A DNA stretch of 64,000 nt from Pseudobutyrivibrio sp. (GCF_017557435.1 NZ_JAFYYR010000021.1); one strand, 5' to 3'. Shown: positions 1 through 9,861, counted from the stretch's first letter. Numbers and translations: made by a program. The notes: generated from the letters alone by a model not told the origin.

Positions 1-1055
1 TATATCTGAATAAGACCAGCCACCATAGCGCCTAATATGCCAATAAATTCCATTATGTATTCTTTTACTCTGCCCTGAATAATATCAGGAATCACTGTCA
101 CAATATATCCGCCCATGGTAATGACAAGTGAAATAAATGCATATACTAGAATGCCACTTAAATCTGTGTTATTTGCAAACTGTAATATTATTCCAAGACC
201 AGCCACAAACATATCCAGTACACCTAAAACCATGTAAAAGAATCTGTACCTGCCCTCTTGAAGGCGGTCAAAATAAAGAGCCATTGTAAATGAAAGCATT
301 AACAGACTCAGATATGTCATATAGGATAAGAGGGAATAATTTGGAACAAAAAACTGCCTGCAGTTAGATTCCGCAAGGGACCAAATAGAGGCGCAAATAG
401 TAACCCAGCCTGCGAAGAATAAAGGCAGAGTTTTGTTATAAGCGATTTTTACAGAAACACCGATTATAAATGCAATAATGCCAAGCACAAGTAAGAATAA
501 AGTGAGAAGTAAAACATATCTTTCACCATCAAATACCATTCTAAAAATAGCAGCCTGTGGTCCAATGGTAATCCTATCAATAACACCGGAGTAATTGTTA
601 TGACCGATGAATTCGATTCTAAGTGTCTGGCCATTATCTTCTGGATATAGTGGAATAAAAGTAGCTATACCAGGGCTATGATTTCCAAATAAACGAGTAC
701 TTTGGGTTGAATAGCTGTAACGCAATTCATCCCCAATATACGCATTAATATCCTGTTTAGCTGTATTAAAAGATACATAGGCATTATCTCTTGTAATACC
801 ATCAATACTTTTCTCTATTACAAATGGCGCTTCCTCCTCCGGCTGATACTGTCCTGGAATTGCAATATCTGTCCTAGTTCCGTCTGACATAACTCTCTGC
901 CAGCCATCAGAAAAATTTTCCATTTCAAGGGGTGTGTATGTTCTCTCATCAGGCAAAGCCTGTTCTCCAAAAAGCAACAAACCAGTTATAAAAAGATAGA
1001 CGGTAACACCTATTACCAAAACCAAATCATAAACAAAACTGCTAGTTTTTTTCAT
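1..1055 (-). CDS. Membrane receptor, N-terminal part (TM anchor, ~170-aa extracytoplasmic domain, then multi-pass TM block; 7TMR-DISM-like layout); output domain lies beyond the left window edge
   Basis: Own translation: ATG at 1053-1055 (MKKTSSFVYDLVLVIGVTVYLF...). Frame checked codon by codon and open down to base 3 (351 codons). Absent from the ORF track only because it runs off the edge. GGGGA 8 nt upstream of ATG. Confidence 0.6.
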   Translation of the reverse strand, partial: MKKTSSFVYDLVLVIGVTVYLFITGLLLFGEQALPDERTYTPLEMENFSDGWQRVMSDGTRTDIAIPGQYQPEEEAPFVIEKSIDGITRDNAYVSFNTAKQDINAYIGDELRYSYSTQSTRLFGNHSPGIATFIPLYPEDNGQTLRIEFIGHNNYSGVIDRITIGPQAAIFRMVFDGERYVLLLTLFLLVLGIIAFIIGVSVKIAYNKTLPLFFAGWVTICASIWSLAESNCRQFFVPNYSLLSYMTYLSLLMLSFTMALYFDRLQEGRYRFFYMVLGVLDMFVAGLGIILQFANNTDLSGILVYAFISLVITMGGYIVTVIPDIIQGRVKEYIMEFIGILGAMVAGLIQI

Positions 1056-1269
1056 TTTTTAATCCCCAAAATTTTAATTATTTTATCCCCAAGAACAATA
1101 AAATTGCCCTTAATTTATTATAATTTGTCGGAGTTTTTAAAACAACAAATTACGAAAATAGTCACAATTTATTTGAAATAATTTTCGGGAATAATGTTAT
1201 AATTACAATTAAGAATTAGTGGGTATTGAAGAATTGGTAACTTTCTAGATTAATAGGAGGCAGTTATTT

Positions 1270-2220
1270 ATGGCTAGTACACAGCAAATTGCAAAAGAAT
1301 ACTACGACAAAGGCATGAGCCTTGTTCGTGCCAATAACATAGAGATGGGAATCAACAATCTGAACATGGCAAAGAGTATATACGAGGAACTTGGAGATAC
1401 AGTTCAGTATGTATTAGCCTTAAGAGGTTTGGCTGTAGCATATGGAATCATGGGTTATGATACCAAGATGCTTTATAAATGTTTGGATGCATTTTCACTT
1501 CTTGATAAAAATGGAATCAAAGGTGCCAAGCATCTTTTTTATACTACTATCTGCAATCGCTACATGCTTCTAGAAGACTATGATAGCGCTATTAATTACG
1601 GAAGGATGGCTCTCCAGGATTTAGAGGATCACGGTGACGAGTTCGAAGATAATACACCTAATCACTATCTCTGTGCCTGCCTTAATCTAGCTTATTCATA
1701 TCTACATATAAATCGTTTTGGTGATGCCGAAGCCTTCATCAAAAGAGCCAGAGAAATAGCTACCAAAAACGACTTACATATTCATGACTTAAGCCTTACA
1801 GTTCTTCAGGCTAGCTATCACCACAAAATCGGCGACAACCAATATGTGTACGACCATATAGAAGAACTGGTCTCTTCTATAAAAGGGGCCAATATCACAA
1901 TCAATGACTATATTGAAGATATAAAACTTATCATCGAAACATTCTGCAGTATGAAGGAATATGAAAAGGCAGAAGCTGTGGCACAAAGCCTTGACTCATA
2001 TGGCACCTTATCTGGTGATTTCTATCTCAAGCTTCATGCTACCAAGTTTTATATGATGATTTATAAGGATGCTGATGAAAAAGAAAAATACCATCAGGCC
2101 TGCGTTCAATACGCAGAAAATTCTATCGCTTTGTCTAGTAAAGAGGCTGCAAAACATCTCCAAGAGATGGACACTGCCATCGCATTGTCTATTGCCGACA
2201 CTCCGATAGAGTTACTATAA
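1270..2220 (+). CDS. TPR-like helical-repeat protein, function unknown
   Basis: 316-aa track ORF with AGGAGG upstream. Repeated ~34-aa helix pairs rich in A/Y/L/G (AKEYYDKGMSLVRANNIEMGINNLNMAKSIYEELGD; YDSAINYGRMALQDLE). No HTH or catalytic motif seen. Confidence 0.75.
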   Translation: MASTQQIAKEYYDKGMSLVRANNIEMGINNLNMAKSIYEELGDTVQYVLALRGLAVAYGIMGYDTKMLYKCLDAFSLLDKNGIKGAKHLFYTTICNRYMLLEDYDSAINYGRMALQDLEDHGDEFEDNTPNHYLCACLNLAYSYLHINRFGDAEAFIKRAREIATKNDLHIHDLSLTVLQASYHHKIGDNQYVYDHIEELVSSIKGANITINDYIEDIKLIIETFCSMKEYEKAEAVAQSLDSYGTLSGDFYLKLHATKFYMMIYKDADEKEKYHQACVQYAENSIALSSKEAAKHLQEMDTAIALSIADTPIELL

Positions 2221-2230
2221 TATTCTTGTT

Positions 2231-3409
2231 ATGAAAAAGAAGCATCAAATACTTATACTAATAATTTTTATATTTTTCTTATTAATCAAGGCTCAGATGG
2301 ACTTTAATCCATCTATAAGAGTCTTGCTATCTATCATCGATTTCTCTGAATCTACTCTTACCAGCTCGGATTATCTGGCATACGGAATAGATTTAAAGGA
2401 TTTATTCAGAAACTACACAAATTCAGATATTAACTATAGGGGCTCTGCATACCTAAAAAAGGTCAAGGGCTTCCCTTACTCTGTTAGCGGCTCCATAAAA
2501 GGCCAGCGTTCTCCGGAGCAAAAGAAATTCTCCTGCGAATCCGATCTTAATGTATTAGTTTTAGATGTAGGTATGCTTAATGCCTATGCGGAGAATGACA
2601 CTGTCTATCTAGTTGCTCCTATGCTAGGGGGATTATCATATGGATTTGATACAAATGACGATCTTTTCCCTAAGGCTCCAAATCTCAATTACGATATTAC
2701 TAGAGAATGGTTCCACGAAAACAAAATGAATATCTGGAATTTCGTCAGAAGTATTGATATTGAAGAAACTGACCAGTTCTTTGTAGATGCAGATGGTACA
2801 AAAGCACGCGAATATCAGATTACCGTTCCAGAAGGTGAGGGAGATTTCATATGGGAGCTTCTTGGTATAGATCCTCCTGATCACGATATTAAATGTTCCC
2901 TTTATTTGGATAAATGGTGTCATACAAGAAAGGTCGTATTTGACCTTTCCTACAAGACCAAGGGTGCCTATGTGGCCATATATGGAAATGATTGCAACAG
3001 CATGGAAATCTACGTCCCTCTTCCAGATGATGAGTCATTTACATGTACTATCAAGCGTGACGGAACAAATAACTATACTAATGCCTACATCAACAATATT
3101 ACATACAACACTTCTTTTGGTAACGTATACACCATAGATAGCAACGGCTATCTCAACTATACAGAAGAAGGATTCAAATTAGAGCTATCAAATATCCTTG
3201 TAAAAAGGAACAAGGAAGTACTTTGCGAAGGATATATTAAAGGACGCATCACTAAAAATGAAAATATGGGTGATGTATTTGAAAATGCTGGAGTTGATTT
3301 TTCTAACGTAGAAGTTATCGATTGGGACACAATAAAAAATGACACCGCCTCTTTTGTAGACGATGTCATTGAACAAGCTCGTAAAAACGTCGATTTATTT
3401 GATTTCTAA
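2231..3409 (+). CDS. Secreted or membrane-anchored protein of unknown function
   Basis: 392 aa. N-terminal MKKKHQILILIIFIFFLLIKAQ signal/anchor. Starts 11 nt after the TPR gene stop (co-transcribed). No recognisable motif. Confidence 0.7.
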   Translation: MKKKHQILILIIFIFFLLIKAQMDFNPSIRVLLSIIDFSESTLTSSDYLAYGIDLKDLFRNYTNSDINYRGSAYLKKVKGFPYSVSGSIKGQRSPEQKKFSCESDLNVLVLDVGMLNAYAENDTVYLVAPMLGGLSYGFDTNDDLFPKAPNLNYDITREWFHENKMNIWNFVRSIDIEETDQFFVDADGTKAREYQITVPEGEGDFIWELLGIDPPDHDIKCSLYLDKWCHTRKVVFDLSYKTKGAYVAIYGNDCNSMEIYVPLPDDESFTCTIKRDGTNNYTNAYINNITYNTSFGNVYTIDSNGYLNYTEEGFKLELSNILVKRNKEVLCEGYIKGRITKNENMGDVFENAGVDFSNVEVIDWDTIKNDTASFVDDVIEQARKNVDLFDF

Positions 3410-3849
3410 GCCTCTGGCTCCATCTGGCCTAATACTTTGTAAAGGAGATTATAGAGCTGTGAGCTCTCTTCTCGAGAAAGCTTAACACAATGGCCCATCT
3501 TAGCAGGTATCTCAGATGCCTGCTTTTTTAATTCGTCGCCTTCCTTAGTTAAAGTAATAATCAGATTTCTCTCGTCATCCTTTGAACGAACACGCTTAAC
3601 ATATCCCTTTTGCTCAAGCTTCTTAAGGACAGGTGTAAGTGTTCCTGAATCCAAAAATAGCTTATCTCCAAGAGCCTTAACAGTTATTTCCTTTTCTTCC
3701 CACACAACCATCATAGTGATGTACTGTGTATATGTAAGATCAAGGGGATCCAGATATGGTTTATATCTTTTAACAATCTCCTTTGAACATGCATAAAGTG
3801 GAAAGCATAACTGGTTTGAAATTCTTAAGCAATCAAATTTTTCGCCCAT
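3406..3849 (-). CDS. MarR-family regulator, OhrR-like (thiol/peroxide sensing)
   Basis: 147 aa. Winged-HTH core TYTQYITMMVVWE...LDSGTLTPVLKKLEQKGYVKR. N-terminal Cys in QLCFPLY as in 1-Cys OhrR. Last gene of the trx operon. Confidence 0.85.
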   Translation of the reverse strand: MGEKFDCLRISNQLCFPLYACSKEIVKRYKPYLDPLDLTYTQYITMMVVWEEKEITVKALGDKLFLDSGTLTPVLKKLEQKGYVKRVRSKDDERNLIITLTKEGDELKKQASEIPAKMGHCVKLSREESSQLYNLLYKVLGQMEPEA

Positions 3850-3866
3850 TCTTAGTTCACCTCTGA

Positions 3867-4178
3867 TTATATATTTTTAGACACGAATTCCTTGAGCGCA
3901 TCCTTAGGAGCGAAGCCAACATTCATATCTACCTTCTGACCGTCCTTTAATACAACAAGCGCTGGGATATTCATAATGCTATATTCTCTAGCTAAATCTG
4001 GATTCTCATCTGTATCAACGCTATAGAAATTAGCCTGTCCAGCTAGCTCCTCAGATACTTCCTCAAGAACTGGAGCAAGCATCTTACATGGACCACACCA
4101 TGTTGCATTGAAATCCAATACTAAAACACCTGACTTATCCATTGAATTAAATTCTTCTGTATTAATCTTCTTTACCAT
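3867..4178 (-). CDS. trxA: Thioredoxin
   Basis: WCGPC active site. ATG at 4178 preceded by AGGAG (track ORF is extended to 4205). Confidence 0.92.
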   Translation of the reverse strand: MVKKINTEEFNSMDKSGVLVLDFNATWCGPCKMLAPVLEEVSEELAGQANFYSVDTDENPDLAREYSIMNIPALVVLKDGQKVDMNVGFAPKDALKEFVSKNI

Positions 4179-4231
4179 TGTATAACTCCTTTCGAAATTA
4201 ATCAAATTTTGTTGTGAATAATCATTTTTTG

Positions 4232-5098
4232 TTATTTATTTTTAAGGCTGTTTAGATAAGAAACTGCTGAAAGTGCTGCAACATTTCCCTCTCCAGCTGC
4301 CTTAATGTACTGATATGGTGTACCTGTAATATCACCAGCTGCAAATAATCCTGGGATATTTGTAGTCATCTGACGGTCAACCTGAACGTGATTACCATCC
4401 ATAGCAAGTCCTGGAACAAGCTGAGAAGGTGCAATCTGCTGTCTAAGAATAAAAATTCCATCAGCTACAAATGTGCCATCCTCTGCTGTAAGCTGCATTC
4501 CATTAGTAATCTGCTCTATAGATACTGGCTTAACATCCTTTTTAACTATGATATTGCCGCCAAGCTTGCCTTCGTATTCATACTGAGGAATATATGTAAC
4601 ATTCTCTGCACGCTCTGCTAAGAACTCTGCCTCTTCTTCATCCTCTTTGCTGTATGCAAGAATAATAGCTGTGCGTCCTTTATATAAAGCAGCATCGCAT
4701 GTTGCGCAATAGCTGACTCCTCTTCCTAAATTCTCCATCTCTCCTGGAAATGGCTTCATAGCAGTCATACCTGCTGCAATAATTACTGAGCTTGCTTCGT
4801 AATCTCCTCCATGACATTGTATAGCAAAATACTGTCCCATGGAATACACTGCGTTAACTTTATCTTCTGTAATTTCAACGCCCATTCCCTTAGCGTGATC
4901 TAAAAATGCCTGTGCCATCTTATCTCCTGGCACATCTGGTAATCCTAAATAGTTCTGAATTGTATGGGCCTTAGCCACTTTATCTGACGAACTCTTGCTT
5001 CCAAGCAGGAGTACGGATTTATTCCTAACTTTTGCTGTAATGGCTGCCTCTAATCCTGCAGGGCCAGTGCCAATTACTGCGATATCATATCTTTCCAT
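4232..5098 (-). CDS. Thioredoxin-reductase-like flavoprotein lacking NAD(P)H-binding signatures (FFTR/DTR-like)
   Basis: 288 aa. FAD motif IGTGPAG and redox CATCD. The region where GGGNSA and HRR motifs are expected reads GRTAIILAYSKEDEEEAEFLAERAENVTYIPQYEY. Confidence 0.8.
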   Translation of the reverse strand: MERYDIAVIGTGPAGLEAAITAKVRNKSVLLLGSKSSSDKVAKAHTIQNYLGLPDVPGDKMAQAFLDHAKGMGVEITEDKVNAVYSMGQYFAIQCHGGDYEASSVIIAAGMTAMKPFPGEMENLGRGVSYCATCDAALYKGRTAIILAYSKEDEEEAEFLAERAENVTYIPQYEYEGKLGGNIIVKKDVKPVSIEQITNGMQLTAEDGTFVADGIFILRQQIAPSQLVPGLAMDGNHVQVDRQMTTNIPGLFAAGDITGTPYQYIKAAGEGNVAALSAVSYLNSLKNK

Positions 5099-5125
5099 TG
5101 ATAACCTCCACTCTTAACAAGCAAA

Positions 5126-5183
5126 AGATTGTGCACAATCAATCCTATGATTGAATTGTACACAATCTAATTGCATTTGTCAA
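5126..5183 (-). promoter_or_regulatory. Promoter of the trxB-like/trxA/marR operon with two OhrR-type operator palindromes
   Basis: Minus strand TTGACA (5178-5183), N17, TACAAT (5155-5160). AGATTGTGCACAAT (5126-5139) and ATTGTACACAATCT (5155-5168) form a 13/14 inverted repeat. ATTGTGCACAAT is itself a perfect palindrome and contains the AATTGTA/TACAATT half-site known for B. subtilis OhrR. Confidence 0.6.
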
Positions 5184-5201
5184 CAGTGTATTTAATTTTT
5201 T

Positions 5202-6917
5202 TTAAATTGTGAAAGAATCCTTGATTTCTCTCAGTTCATCAGAGTTTTCTTCGGTCTCTCCTACTACCTTTACAACACCATCTGAAAGGTTCGCAACGTC
5301 TGTTGCCTTCTCTGCAACTGTTGTAACAGCAGCAGCTGCTTCACCAACTGTTCTTGAGATTTCCTCTACTGATTGTGAAATCTCTGTTGTTGATTCCTGA
5401 AGCTCATCAATCTTATCAGAAATATCAGACATAATCTCTGAGAAGTTCTCAGCATCAAGCTTGTAATCATCAGCCATCTTAAGGAAATTGGTGTAATCCT
5501 GAGCAATATCATTTTCAATGTAGCTAAGTGTTCTTGTAAGACAAGCATTCATTGAATTAACAGATGACTGTACCTCAGCAACGATTTCCATAATACCTGC
5601 TACTGTGTTACTTGACTGAGTAGCAAGTCCACCGATTTCTGTAGCGACTACTGCAAATCCCTTACCAGCTTCACCGGCACGGGCTGCCTCTATTGATGCA
5701 TTAAGAGCAAGAAGATTGGTCTGGCTGGCAATATCCTGGATGGCAATAGCAAGATCGTTAACCTTTGTAACAGCCTTTGATTTTTCAAGAGCTTCCTGTC
5801 CTTCTGTATTAATCTCTTCGTAAATCTTTTCTGTCTTTTCTTTGGCTGCAATAGTCTCGATATATACTTCTTTAGCCTTTGCTTTTATCTTATCTGCATC
5901 TTCAACACCAGTCTTAGCTTCCTGAGCAATCTCATCAGCATTTTCTTTTATTCTAGTAGTTCTCTCACTGATAACGTCTGTTGTAGCAGATGTTTCCTGC
6001 ATACTAGCTGCAAGCTCTTCTGATGTAGCTGAGTTGTCTGCATTTGCAGAATCAATTTCCATAGTAATGTCCTTAAGTCTAAGGGCATGTCCTTCCAAAT
6101 CAACAGAAGTGTTAGCTATACGCTCTACTATATTTCTAAGGCTGACTTCCATATCTCCTACAGCTCGAGCCATAATACCTGTCTCGTCCTTCTTGTGCTC
6201 GATTTTCTCAAGAGCATCTGTAGAAGTAAAATCAAGCTTACCAACTCTACCTATTATATCAGTAATGATAGCTATAGGGTTAGTAATTCCTCTAGCAGAT
6301 ATTATACCAATAACGAAGATAATCACACCTACTATACAAGAAAGCAGCAAGCCAAGATTTCTAATCTGATTGATCTCAGCCATCATCTCAGTATCATCAG
6401 CTACACAAACTGTAACCCAACCTGTAGAATCAATTACCTGATAAGCACTGTATTTAACTACGCCGTTCTCATCTGTGTAATGGCTAATATCTGCACTTAC
6501 ATAACTTCCTGTTGGAATCTTTGTAAGCAACTCATTAATAGCAGCATTAGTTACCTTAGTATCTAACTTATCTGGTTTTTTATGGTAAATGAAAGTTCCC
6601 TCTTCATTAATTACATATATGTAACTAGACTCAAAACCATTAAGACCTCTACCCTCAAGTACAGGCTTAAGGACCTCATAAGTAACTCCATCTACGCCAT
6701 TAGCATCAATCTCCTGCTCAACAAGCTCGGCGCAAAGAGTTGCAAGATCCTGCATGTTATGCTCGTTAACAGTCTTTATTGTCTTCTTGGCGCTAGGAAT
6801 AATATATGCAAGATTAAGCACAATGAAAGCAATAATACTTACAACGATTAAAACTAAAATCTTCACATAAATAGAATGAATTGAAAGTCTTCCTCTTTTT
6901 ACTTTTTTGTCATCCAT
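5202..6917 (-). CDS. Methyl-accepting chemotaxis protein (TM, Cache-like sensor, TM, HAMP, MA domain)
   Basis: 571 aa. Signalling-hairpin motif [33 protein letters not shown]. Two TM segments flank a ~160-aa periplasmic-type domain. Confidence 0.92.
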   Translation of the reverse strand: MDDKKVKRGRLSIHSIYVKILVLIVVSIIAFIVLNLAYIIPSAKKTIKTVNEHNMQDLATLCAELVEQEIDANGVDGVTYEVLKPVLEGRGLNGFESSYIYVINEEGTFIYHKKPDKLDTKVTNAAINELLTKIPTGSYVSADISHYTDENGVVKYSAYQVIDSTGWVTVCVADDTEMMAEINQIRNLGLLLSCIVGVIIFVIGIISARGITNPIAIITDIIGRVGKLDFTSTDALEKIEHKKDETGIMARAVGDMEVSLRNIVERIANTSVDLEGHALRLKDITMEIDSANADNSATSEELAASMQETSATTDVISERTTRIKENADEIAQEAKTGVEDADKIKAKAKEVYIETIAAKEKTEKIYEEINTEGQEALEKSKAVTKVNDLAIAIQDIASQTNLLALNASIEAARAGEAGKGFAVVATEIGGLATQSSNTVAGIMEIVAEVQSSVNSMNACLTRTLSYIENDIAQDYTNFLKMADDYKLDAENFSEIMSDISDKIDELQESTTEISQSVEEISRTVGEAAAAVTTVAEKATDVANLSDGVVKVVGETEENSDELREIKDSFTI

Positions 6918-7009
6918 AATAAATCTCCTTGTATTTATTTTTTATAAATCACCAGTGTAATTATTTTAAACTCCATGTATGTTATTTTCGTGAAAAAATG
7001 GACAGCAAC

Positions 7010-7043
7010 AAAAAATACCCTCGATTAATGTAATTCGAGAGTA
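7010..7043 (-). terminator. Rho-independent terminator after the small ORF 7054-7311
   Basis: Stem TACCCTCGA/TCGAGAGTA (one mismatch) followed by T6 on the minus strand. Confidence 0.6.
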
Positions 7044-7053
7044 TTTCCTTATA

Positions 7054-7311
7054 TTAGATATTAAAATTTTCCAGCTCAGACATAAGTGAAAGAGCATCGA
7101 TTTGTTTAATAGCATTACTGTTAGTATTTAAACTACTAGATTCATTCTTATTATTCATAAAAGTAGATGCAGCTGAATCCTCTGCCCCTTTGCTTATTTC
7201 CTTTCCTGTAGAAATTTCTCTAGTTGCTTTGCTGTGCTTAGCCTCTACAGTATTCATCTGATTAAAACTATTCTTATACTGAGCTGTGTTAATGCCAGAC
7301 TGAATTGTCAT
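7054..7311 (-). CDS. Small Ser/Asn-rich protein of unknown function
   Basis: Track ORF 7054..7329. ATG at 7311 has a GGAGA 7 nt upstream. Own rho-independent terminator at 7010-7043 supports an independent small gene. No family recognised. Confidence 0.5.
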   Translation of the reverse strand: MTIQSGINTAQYKNSFNQMNTVEAKHSKATREISTGKEISKGAEDSAASTFMNNKNESSSLNTNSNAIKQIDALSLMSELENFNI

Positions 7312-7515
7312 ACCCCTATCTCCAATCATTTAGTTATAGAAATTATCTCTGACGCAATATTTGCATTTATTATAACACCCTGCAAGATTTCTGTCACGTG
7401 TATTTTTTATGAACTCCTAAACCCCTTTATTTTCAAGGCTTTCTAATATATTGCGTCCAACTGGGTAATAATATAAAATCTAAATTGTTATTTATAAAAA
7501 TCTAGGAGAAAAATA

Positions 7516-8595
7516 ATGAAATCATTTTTACAAAGAAAAAATATTGAAATCTCTGTAAAGCGTTACTTAATTGATGCTTTAGGAGCTATGGCCCAGGGAC
7601 TCTTTTGTTCCCTTTTGATTGGAACTATCATCAATACATTAGGCAATCAGCTTCACATTGACTTCCTAACTAATCCTGTTGCCACTATAGCAGGTGTCGA
7701 ATACACCATCGGCGGTCTTGCAATGGCAATGAGTGGTCCAGCAATGGCCATCGCAATCGGCTATGCACTTCAGGCTCCACCACTTGTACTCTTTTCATTA
7801 ATAACAGTAGGTTTTGCTTCTAATGCTCTCGGTGGAGCAGGCGGTCCCCTTGCTGTTTTATTTATCGCCATCATCTCTGCCGAAGCAGGTAAGGCAATTT
7901 CAAAAGAAACTAAAATCGATATACTTGTAACACCACTTGTTACAATCGGTATTGGTATTGCACTTTCTGCATGGTGGGCACCAGCACTTGGCAAGGCTGC
8001 CAATTACGTAGGTGACCTTATTATGTGGGCAACAACAAAGCAGCCATTTATTATGGGTATTCTTGTTTCAGTTATCGTAGGAATAGCTCTAACTCTTCCT
8101 ATATCATCAGCTGCTATTTGTGCTGCTCTTTCCCTTACAGGTCTTGCAGGCGGTGCTGCTGTAGCAGGATGCTGTGCACAGATGGTTGGCTTTGCAGTAA
8201 TGAGCTTCAAGGAGAATAAATGGGGTGGTCTTATTTCTCAGGGCATCGGCACTTCAATGCTTCAGATGGGAAATATCATTAAAAATCCTCGAATCTGGAT
8301 TGCTCCTATTCTTTGCTCTGCTATTACAGGACCACTAGCTACCTGCTTATTTAAAATGGAAATGAATGGACCTGCTGTTTCATCTGGAATGGGAACCTGC
8401 GGACTTGTAGGACAAATCGGTGTATATTCCGGTTGGGTAAATGATATTGCTTCTGGTTCTAAATCAGCTATTACCACTATGGATTGGGCCGGATTAATTA
8501 TCATATGCTTTATTGCTCCAGCAATACTTTGTCCTCTCTTTAATAAATTCGCTGAGAATTCAGGCTGGGTAAAACCTGGTGATATGAAATTATAA
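7516..8595 (+). CDS. PTS EIIC-like integral membrane permease (stand-alone EIIC_2-type)
   Basis: 359 aa, ~10 TM, Gly/Ala-rich. N-terminus ...VKRYLIDALGAMAQGLFCSLLIGTIINTLG resembles stand-alone PTS IIC proteins as I recall them. AGGAG SD. Confidence 0.6.
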   Translation: MKSFLQRKNIEISVKRYLIDALGAMAQGLFCSLLIGTIINTLGNQLHIDFLTNPVATIAGVEYTIGGLAMAMSGPAMAIAIGYALQAPPLVLFSLITVGFASNALGGAGGPLAVLFIAIISAEAGKAISKETKIDILVTPLVTIGIGIALSAWWAPALGKAANYVGDLIMWATTKQPFIMGILVSVIVGIALTLPISSAAICAALSLTGLAGGAAVAGCCAQMVGFAVMSFKENKWGGLISQGIGTSMLQMGNIIKNPRIWIAPILCSAITGPLATCLFKMEMNGPAVSSGMGTCGLVGQIGVYSGWVNDIASGSKSAITTMDWAGLIIICFIAPAILCPLFNKFAENSGWVKPGDMKL

Positions 8596-8611
8596 TAGAA
8601 TTTACAGTAAC

Positions 8612-8642
8612 AAAAAAAGTGCTGCATTAGCAGCACTTTTTG
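8612..8642. terminator. Bidirectional terminator between convergent genes
   Basis: A7-AGTGCTGC-ATTA-GCAGCACT-T5. Perfect 8-bp stem with A/T runs on both sides. Confidence 0.8.
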
Positions 8643-8667
8643 TATGTTATAAAATAAGGGAGGTTAA

Positions 8668-9861
8668 TTAGTTATTTCCCACAACCGTATTTCCTGCGCT
8701 GTACTTTCCAAACATCTCTTGATATTTGACAGCTGTACCTTGTGCATCGAATACGTTGTCTGAAATAATATTTGAGGAATTGCATGCATATTGAACCTTG
8801 AAACAAGTTCCTGCGGTGTTTAATATATTATTATTTTTGAATACGCAACTTGTCGCACTCCCCGTGTTTGATACATCATAACCGCCAAAACTTATTCCGG
8901 CAAACGCATTATTATTTTTCAACTCATTGTCATGCACATTGATACCTGTTACGAATGTACCAACATGCTCACTAGCCACCTCTATTCCAATATCACAGCA
9001 TGATACGCTATTTCCGTATATTTCAATGTCTCTAGCGCCGTCAATATAAATACCACCGGCACATTTGTCATCATAGGTAACATTGACTTCTGGATCTGAT
9101 GAAATGTATTCAACTATATTAGAAACAATCTCACCATTTCTTGCCCTATCAGCTTCATCGTATTCTTCAGCTTGTTCATAGCCAATAGCATCGATGCCAA
9201 TGTTATCGCAATTATGAATATAATTATTCGAAACTATAAAATTGGAAACATTACCGTTTATAGCTAGGGACTCGCTATTTCCAAGACTTAAGTTATATAA
9301 CTCACATCCGTCAATAGTAATCCCCTCTATAGGTTCATCTACAGGAGCAGAAACAAGAATCCCATGTGCATTATAGTCAACTGTATCGCTAGTATAAATG
9401 CAACCCATATCGTGAATTTTGCAATTTGAAATGGTTATGTCGCTTGAGCCGCCATCAACCTCAATTCCTATTGGTACAATTGATGTGGATGGTCCATCAA
9501 GCTTAAATTCTTTGATTTCCAGATTACTAATTGAAACATCTGAGGCTTTAACACATATCATCGAACTGTCGCGTGAGGTAGGGGTTATTGTTGAGCCATC
9601 TAAGATAGCTCCATCTTCACCGACGATTGAAATCCCATCAGTTTCAATATATAGCTGCTCGATATAGTTTCCTGCAGGAACGACGATAGTATCGCCAGAA
9701 ACAGCCATATCAATAGCATCTGAAATAGTAGGTGCGTCTTGACCTACTGTTATTTTATTTGTCGCAGCCTTCACTTCCTGATTGCTAGGGGCACAACCTA
9801 AAGCTAAAACTGCAGTGAGAAAGAGTGAAGCAAAAATCTTACTTCTATTGTGCATTAACAA
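8668..9861 (-). CDS. Lipoprotein with right-handed parallel beta-helix repeats (pectin-lyase-fold)
   Basis: 397 aa. Signal peptide with lipobox LALGC. Periodic ...N.I..N.I... beta-helix rungs (ITISNCKIHD, FIVSNNYIHNCDNIGIDA, IEIYGNSVSCCDIGIEV). Confidence 0.8.
   Translation of the reverse strand: MLMHNRSKIFASLFLTAVLALGCAPSNQEVKAATNKITVGQDAPTISDAIDMAVSGDTIVVPAGNYIEQLYIETDGISIVGEDGAILDGSTITPTSRDSSMICVKASDVSISNLEIKEFKLDGPSTSIVPIGIEVDGGSSDITISNCKIHDMGCIYTSDTVDYNAHGILVSAPVDEPIEGITIDGCELYNLSLGNSESLAINGNVSNFIVSNNYIHNCDNIGIDAIGYEQAEEYDEADRARNGEIVSNIVEYISSDPEVNVTYDDKCAGGIYIDGARDIEIYGNSVSCCDIGIEVASEHVGTFVTGINVHDNELKNNNAFAGISFGGYDVSNTGSATSCVFKNNNILNTAGTCFKVQYACNSSNIISDNVFDAQGTAVKYQEMFGKYSAGNTVVGNN

Noticed and set aside
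6991-7003. Recurring AAAAATGGAC / ATTACGnAAAAAT strings (near 1153, 6991, 9953, 54971) as a common promoter or CodY/SigD-type site
   Set aside because: These are 10-12-nt AT-rich matches at chance level. Orientation relative to downstream genes is inconsistent. There is no TAAA-N15-CCGATAT SigD pattern and no full CodY box.
7054-7329. Small ORF as anti-sigma factor FlgM or another flagellar protein
   Set aside because: It lacks the C-terminal FlgM helix motif (…KI..LK..I..G.Y.VD) and has no similarity I can defend. It is left as hypothetical.
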